This document shows, in pieces, positions 7,435 to 10,759 of a DNA stretch of 10,759 nt (the stretch's first letter is position 1; each line of letters opens with the position of its first letter). The stretch is from Gemmatimonadales bacterium (GTDB taxonomy: Bacteria; Gemmatimonadota; Gemmatimonadetes; Gemmatimonadales; GWC2-71-9). The stretch spans positions 1-10,759 of the forward strand of contig JBDIWC010000090.1 in NCBI GenBank assembly GCA_039794085.1. The letters are read 5' to 3'. The position numbers were made by a program, and so were the translations under genes. Under the pieces are notes generated by a model, which saw only the letters and a program-made list of their open reading frames with translations, searched no databases and had not been told where the DNA came from.

Positions 7435-8742
7435 TCAGGGAACTGCGGGAACCGGTTCGCCGCTGACCGGGGGCAGTGCCGCCGCCAGCACCTCCTCGCG
7501 GCGTCCCAGCCGGAGGCCAAGAACGCCCCAGACGACTGCAAGTGGCATGGCGGCGAGGGCAATCCCTCCGACCGACAGGCCGACGGCCGCGAGCCCCGCG
7601 TAGATCCATCCACTCACGAGATCTCCACCGCGATAGACCGCGGCATCGAGGAACGCCTTCGACTTGTACTTCTCTTCCCGGCCCACCACGGTGAAGAGCA
7701 CCTCCCGCGCCGGTTTGGCCATCCCGTAGCGGCCCGCCCGATAGGCCACCTGCACCACCACCAGGACTGCCAGGGTCGGGTAGATCCCGAGTCCCAGAAA
7801 TCCGAGGGTGACGGCGGCGGGAACAGCGGCCAGGGTGATCCCTACGCCGAGCCATCGGATGATGCGGGCCGTCAGGTACACCTGGAACACGATGGTCAGG
7901 ATATTGACGACCAGATCAACCCGGGCGAGGAGGGCGGTGCGTTCACCCCGGTCGGGGATCGCCTCTCCCAGAAGATGGGCCTGCTGGAAGTAGAGCATCG
8001 TGGAAGCGAAGGTCATGAGGGCGATGAATCCCGCGATATTCAGGAGATAGGGGGACCGGAACACCGCCCTCATTCCGCTGAGCCCGGTGCCGAGCAGTGG
8101 ACTCTCGGCGCCACCCGGCGTGGACACCGCCCCGGTGCCGAAGTGCCGGTGCAGCTTCCGGGCAAACCACGAGGCGATTTCCAGGGGAACGGCGGCGAGG
8201 AGCAGGAGCGAAAAGACCGGAACCCGGGTAGCGAGATACGAGGTCACCGCCGAGCCGGCGATGCCGCCGATCGAACTTCCCACGGCGATGAATCCGAAGA
8301 GCCGCTTTCCCTGGTTGTTGTCGAAACAGTCGGAGACGAAACCCCAGAACACGGTGACCACGAACAGCGCGAAGACGCTGCTCCAGACGTAGAACACCCG
8401 ATCGATCCAGGGACGGGATGCTTCCGGCAGGAAAACGAGTGCAGCCCAGAAACCGAGCAGACAGGCGATGAAGAAGCGGTTGGCGAGGGGAACGAACACG
8501 CCGCGGGAGAACCGGGAGGCCACGGTGGAGTAGAGCCACACTGCGCCGATCATGGCGAAGAAAACGACGGTCCAGAGCACCTGGAGGTTGCCGCGGTCGG
8601 CGGCGGAGATTTCGTCGCGGACCGCGCGGAGGATGTAGTACCCGAAGAGGATGAAGAAGCCGTAGGCCGTGGCCCAGAGCATCCCCCGGAGCTCCCGGTC
8701 GCTCCGAATGTCGACGAGTTTCCGGACCCCGGCGATCAGCAT
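7435..8742 (-). CDS. NTT/TLC family (ATP:ADP antiporter-like, MFS fold) transporter
   Basis: About 12 hydrophobic segments with family-typical FFILFGYYILRAVRD, FYVWSSVFALFVVTVFW, QGKRLFGFIAVGSSIGGIAG and KPAREVLFTVVGREEKYKSKAFLDAAVYRGGD. No C-terminal HEAT/cNMP extension. Confidence 0.85.
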   Translation of the reverse strand: MLIAGVRKLVDIRSDRELRGMLWATAYGFFILFGYYILRAVRDEISAADRGNLQVLWTVVFFAMIGAVWLYSTVASRFSRGVFVPLANRFFIACLLGFWAALVFLPEASRPWIDRVFYVWSSVFALFVVTVFWGFVSDCFDNNQGKRLFGFIAVGSSIGGIAGSAVTSYLATRVPVFSLLLLAAVPLEIASWFARKLHRHFGTGAVSTPGGAESPLLGTGLSGMRAVFRSPYLLNIAGFIALMTFASTMLYFQQAHLLGEAIPDRGERTALLARVDLVVNILTIVFQVYLTARIIRWLGVGITLAAVPAAVTLGFLGLGIYPTLAVLVVVQVAYRAGRYGMAKPAREVLFTVVGREEKYKSKAFLDAAVYRGGDLVSGWIYAGLAAVGLSVGGIALAAMPLAVVWGVLGLRLGRREEVLAAALPPVSGEPVPAVP

Positions 8743-8761
8743 GACATGTTTCCCATGTCAT
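8741..8761. promoter_or_regulatory. operator-like inverted repeat ATGACATG-N5-CATGTCAT over the transporter translation start
   Basis: Perfect 8-bp arms with a 5-bp spacer, AT-rich for this genome, overlapping the ATG (8740-8742) and the RBS region. Confidence 0.45.
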
Positions 8762-8811
8762 TGGATACGCGGCACTTCGGCGGCTCGTTGAGGACGGGCC
8801 ACCAGGCTGTC

Positions 8812-8917
8812 GGCGGTAGGCGGTAGGCGGTAGAGGCGAATGTCTATGTCCCACGTCCTATGTCCTGTATCCTGGGGAGTTGGGTGTTGGGTCGGAGGCG
8901 GTAGGCGGTAGACGGTG
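8812..8917. repeat. patch of heptamer tandem repeats
   Basis: (GGCGGTA)x3 at 8812-8832; TGTCCCA/CGTCCTA/TGTCCTG/TATCCTG at 8847-8874; GAGTTGG/GTGTTGG at 8877-8890; GGCGGTA x2 plus GACGGTG at 8897-8917. Confidence 0.8.
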
Positions 8918-8938
8918 GGGTCGCAGGAACCGGGATTC

Positions 8939-8972
8939 GTCATCGCGAGGGCCCGAAGGGCCCGTGGCGATC
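8939..8972. repeat. REP-like hairpin (GTCATC-start family)
   Basis: GTCATCGCGA-GGGCCC-GAA-GGGCCC-GTGGCGATC forms an interrupted stem-loop. Confidence 0.55.
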
Positions 8973-9107
8973 CCGTGAGCCCATCCTCGGGCTCGGCAAC
9001 GGTGGGTCGGCCATCATGCCGGTGTGGTCATCGCCCACGCGGCTCGGCTCGGTGAATGCCGACCGGTGGAATCCCTTCGGGATTCACCCCGCCCCCACCG
9101 TGCACAT

Positions 9108-9391
9108 GCCCCGAAGGGGCATCGTCCTCAACAGCCCCGGGTTGCGCCGCAGGCGCTACCCGGGGTTCCGGCGCGACCGACCCCGACAACCCCAACAGGG
9201 TTGCGTTCCTCCTTTCGCTCCGGCACCCTGAGACTCCGTCCCTCCCGGAGCCCCGTGTGGCATCGCTCAATCCGTGAGGACCTCAGACGCAACCCCGTTG
9301 GGGTTGGGCAACATCGGGGTGACCCTCTCACCCAGGGTAGGCGCTGCCGCGCCAACCCTGGGCTCTTGACCACGGAATCCCTTCGGGATTC
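9108..9391. repeat. REPIN-like inverted doublet, each arm made of three hairpins
   Basis: Left arm hairpins at 9108-9120, 9133-9166 and 9187-9203. Right arm, in inverted order, at 9290-9306, 9330-9364 and 9375-9391. Inner (CAACCCCAACAGGGTTGCGT / ACGCAACCCCGTTGGGGTTG) and middle hairpins are near reverse complements. Confidence 0.7.
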
Positions 9392-9541
9392 TCCCCTCGC
9401 GTCGCGCGGGATGGCTCCGCGTAGTGACCGGCCTCTCTGGTCCTTCAGGACCTGTCGCCGCAGGCGCCGAGCCGGGGCTTCAGCCCCGGGCCGCTGCCGC
9501 GCCAACCCTGGGCTCTTGACCACGGAATCCCTTCGGGATTC
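9342..9541 (+). repeat. 150-bp direct repeat array, left block (1 full unit plus 50-bp partial)
   Basis: The unit starting CGCTGCCGCGCCAACCCTGGGCTCTTGACCACGGAATCCC occurs at 9342 and 9492. Confidence 0.9.
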
Positions 9542-9949
9542 CGGGCTGAAGGCCCGGAGCATACCAGCCCGGGGCAACGCCCCGGGAATGGATGGTGCAG
9601 ACGATCCCGAAGGGCTGAAAGCCCGACCCATCGAGCCCGGGTAATGCCACAATCCCTCTCCCTGGTCCTCATCCACGTGGTGTTCAGCACCAAGGATCGG
9701 CGCCCCGTGCTGACCCCGACGCTCCGGCTGGCGCTGCATGCGTATCCGGCCGTCGTGTCCCCCGCCGCCGGGTGCGCTCAACCTGGCCCGCACGCGGACG
9801 GTCGCGGGCCTGGTCGAAACCCTGAAGGTGTTCGACGAACGCTTCATGTGGGGATGAGAGGATGGCTCGGGCCTTCAGCCCGATGGGTTCGTCACCTCCT
9901 GGCCCCCGGGGCGTTGCCCCGGGCTGATATGGGGCGGGCCGTTGGCCCG
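9542..9949 (+). mobile_element. non-autonomous IS200/RAYT-like cassette: tnpA remnant between ~90-bp imperfect inverted repeats
   Basis: 9542-9632 and 9861-9949 are reverse complements at three hairpins (GGGCTGAAGGCCCG-like, CAGCCCGGGGCAACGCCCCGGG, GGGCTGAA(A/G)GCCCGA) and abut the start and stop of the remnant. Confidence 0.75.
9644..9857 (+). pseudogene. tnpA: IS200/IS605-family (Y1 HUH, RAYT-like) transposase pseudogene with internal deletions and a frameshift
   Basis: The frame from 9644 gives MPQSLSLVLIHVVFSTKDRRPVLTPTLRLALHAY, a typical Y1 TnpA N-terminus. A shifted frame from ~9774 gives ALNLARTRTVAGLVETLK joined directly to VFDERFMWG-stop (9857), the typical FDERYxWD C-terminus. The HUH and catalytic-Tyr segments are absent. 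Confidence 0.85.
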
Positions 9950-10084
9950 TGGTGCCGGGCCGGTTCTCGTGGGCGGCACCGGGATACGGCGCCAGCCCGG
10001 GCAATTGTGACGGGTCGGAGCCGCGGAAGAGTTGGACGCATGCCGACGGGACGGGCGACGTGATCGCGCTGACCGAGGAGGCGT

Positions 10085-10409
10085 CGCGGCCGCGCCAAGC
10101 CTGGGCTCTTGACCACGGAATCCCGTCGGGATTCTCCCCTCGCGTCGCGCGCGATGACTCCGCGTAGTGACCGGCCTCTCTGGTCCTTCAGGACCTGTCG
10201 CCGCAGGCGCCGAGCCGGGGCTTCAGCACCGGGCCGCTGCCGCGCCAACCCTGGGCTCTTGACCACGGAATCCCGTCGGGATTCTCCCCTCGCGTCACGC
10301 GGGATGGCTCCGCGTAGTGACCGGCCTCTCTGGTCCTTCAGGACCTGTCGCCGCAGGCGCCGAGCCGGGGCTTCAGCCCTGGGCCGCTGCCGCGCCAACC
10401 CGGGGTTCT
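10085..10409 (+). repeat. 150-bp direct repeat array, right block (2 full units plus short partial)
   Basis: Units start at 10085, 10235 and 10385 and are near-identical to 9342-9491 apart from a few substitutions. Confidence 0.9.
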
Positions 10410-10428
10410 CGGCGCACCATGTTTGTCA

Positions 10429-10453
10429 CAACCCCAACGGGGTTGCGTTCCTC
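10429..10453. repeat. further copy of the CAACCCCAACGGGGTTG hairpin
   Basis: CAACCCCAACGGGGTTGCGTTCCTC matches 9187-9211 with one mismatch. Confidence 0.75.
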
Positions 10454-10509
10454 ATGCCCGTTCCGGCATCGGTATCCGGACGACGGGTTGTGCGCCGGGG
10501 GGCGGTCTC

Positions 10510-10565
10510 AGATCCCCTCATAAGCTCGGGGCAGGCTCCTCGCTTCACTCGGGATGACCCCGAGT
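10510..10565. repeat. REP-like element ending CTCGGGATGAC
   Basis: AGATCCCCTCATAAGCTCGGGGCAGGCTCCTCGCTTCACTCGGGATGAC. Its end is a 10/11 reverse complement of GTCATCGCGAG at 8939. Also hairpin ACTCGGG-ATGAC-CCCGAGT at 10547-10565. Confidence 0.5.
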
Positions 10566-10599
10566 AATGACCTACAAGAAAGCAACGAGTCGCCTCTCT

Positions 10600-10627
10600 C
10601 TCCTCACTCCTCTCCCCTCACTCCTCC
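10600..10627. repeat. (CTCCTCA)-like heptamer x4
   Basis: CTCCTCA CTCCTCT CCCCTCA CTCCTCC. Confidence 0.7.
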
Positions 10628-10633
10628 AGACCT

Positions 10634-10666
10634 TGTCGCGCGACTGTCGCGCGACAGTCGCGCGAA
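10634..10666. promoter_or_regulatory. 30-bp perfect palindrome / 11-bp triple repeat, candidate enhancer (UAS) for a sigma-54 activator
   Basis: TCGCGCGACTGTCGC|GCGACAGTCGCGCGA (10636-10665), also readable as TGTCGCGCGAC TGTCGCGCGAC AGTCGCGCGAA. It lies ~100-130 bp upstream of the predicted sigma-54 start site. Confidence 0.55.
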
Positions 10667-10738
10667 TCCGGGCCTCCGGCGCCCCACCACATTGAGTCCA
10701 ACTATCACCCCCATAAAAGGTTAGGTGATCGGACCACT

Positions 10739-10755
10739 TTGGTACACCGATTGCC
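10739..10755 (+). promoter_or_regulatory. sigma-54 (RpoN) -24/-12 promoter for a gene beyond the window
   Basis: TTGGTAC-ACCGA-TTGC matches TGGCAC-N5-TTGC at 9/10 positions with exact GG-N10-GC spacing (GG 10741-10742, GC 10753-10754). Confidence 0.72.
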
Positions 10756-10759
10756 TTAT

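Noticed and set aside
315..8854. Many long overlapping or antisense ORFs (e.g. 2804-3838, 6409-7431, 7943-8854, 7975-8826)
   Set aside because: Shadow ORFs of well-supported minus-strand genes in high-GC DNA, with no independent motifs.
9644..10063. 139-aa ORF as an intact transposase
   Set aside because: Only the first ~34 aa resemble TnpA. Similarity continues in another frame and ends at 9857, and the HUH and Tyr motifs are missing.
10040..10088. Coding-like fragment ADGTGDVIALTEEASR
   Set aside because: Too short to assign. It may be a captured gene scrap but has no supported start or family.
9069..10284. Five copies of GAATCCC(T/G)TCGGGATTC (9069, 9375, 9525, 10118, 10268) as a CRISPR array
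   Set aside because: Spacing is 150-593 bp, the intervening sequences are near-identical rather than unique spacers, and there are no cas genes in the window.
9016..10567. ORFs across the repeat island (9024-9644, 9128-9847, 9892-10398, 10109-10567 and others)
   Set aside because: They are Arg/Pro/Gly-rich translations of GC-rich palindromes and of the 150-bp unit, which is a multiple of 3 and so keeps frames open. No RBS or recognisable domain.
10700..10723. IHF site between the palindrome and the sigma-54 promoter
   Set aside because: The position is suitable but the match to WATCAANNNNTTR is poor, so it is not called as a feature.

Overview
High-GC bacterial chromosomal window, probably origin-proximal because it carries a perfect parS site; the lineage cannot be proven from the sequence (the style suggests Gemmatimonadota or similar). 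Six intact genes lie on the minus strand, in transcription order: an NTT/TLC (ATP/ADP translocase-like) transporter, a Tat-signal aldo/keto reductase, a His-rich LVIVD-type beta-propeller lipoprotein, an ABC-2 ATPase plus permease (NatAB/YhaQP-like), and mnmG. Three copies of an AACCACGAAA...TTTCGTGGTT palindromic element sit between genes. The right ~1.9 kb (8812-10627) has no credible intact gene. It is a nested repeat cluster: heptamer microsatellites, several REP-like hairpin families, a 150-bp tandem array, and an internally deleted IS200/RAYT-type tnpA flanked by ~90-bp inverted repeats. The window ends with a 30-bp perfect palindrome upstream of a good sigma-54 promoter pointing out of the window. 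The best leads are the NTT transporter/Tat-AKR pair and the nested REP/RAYT-derived array.
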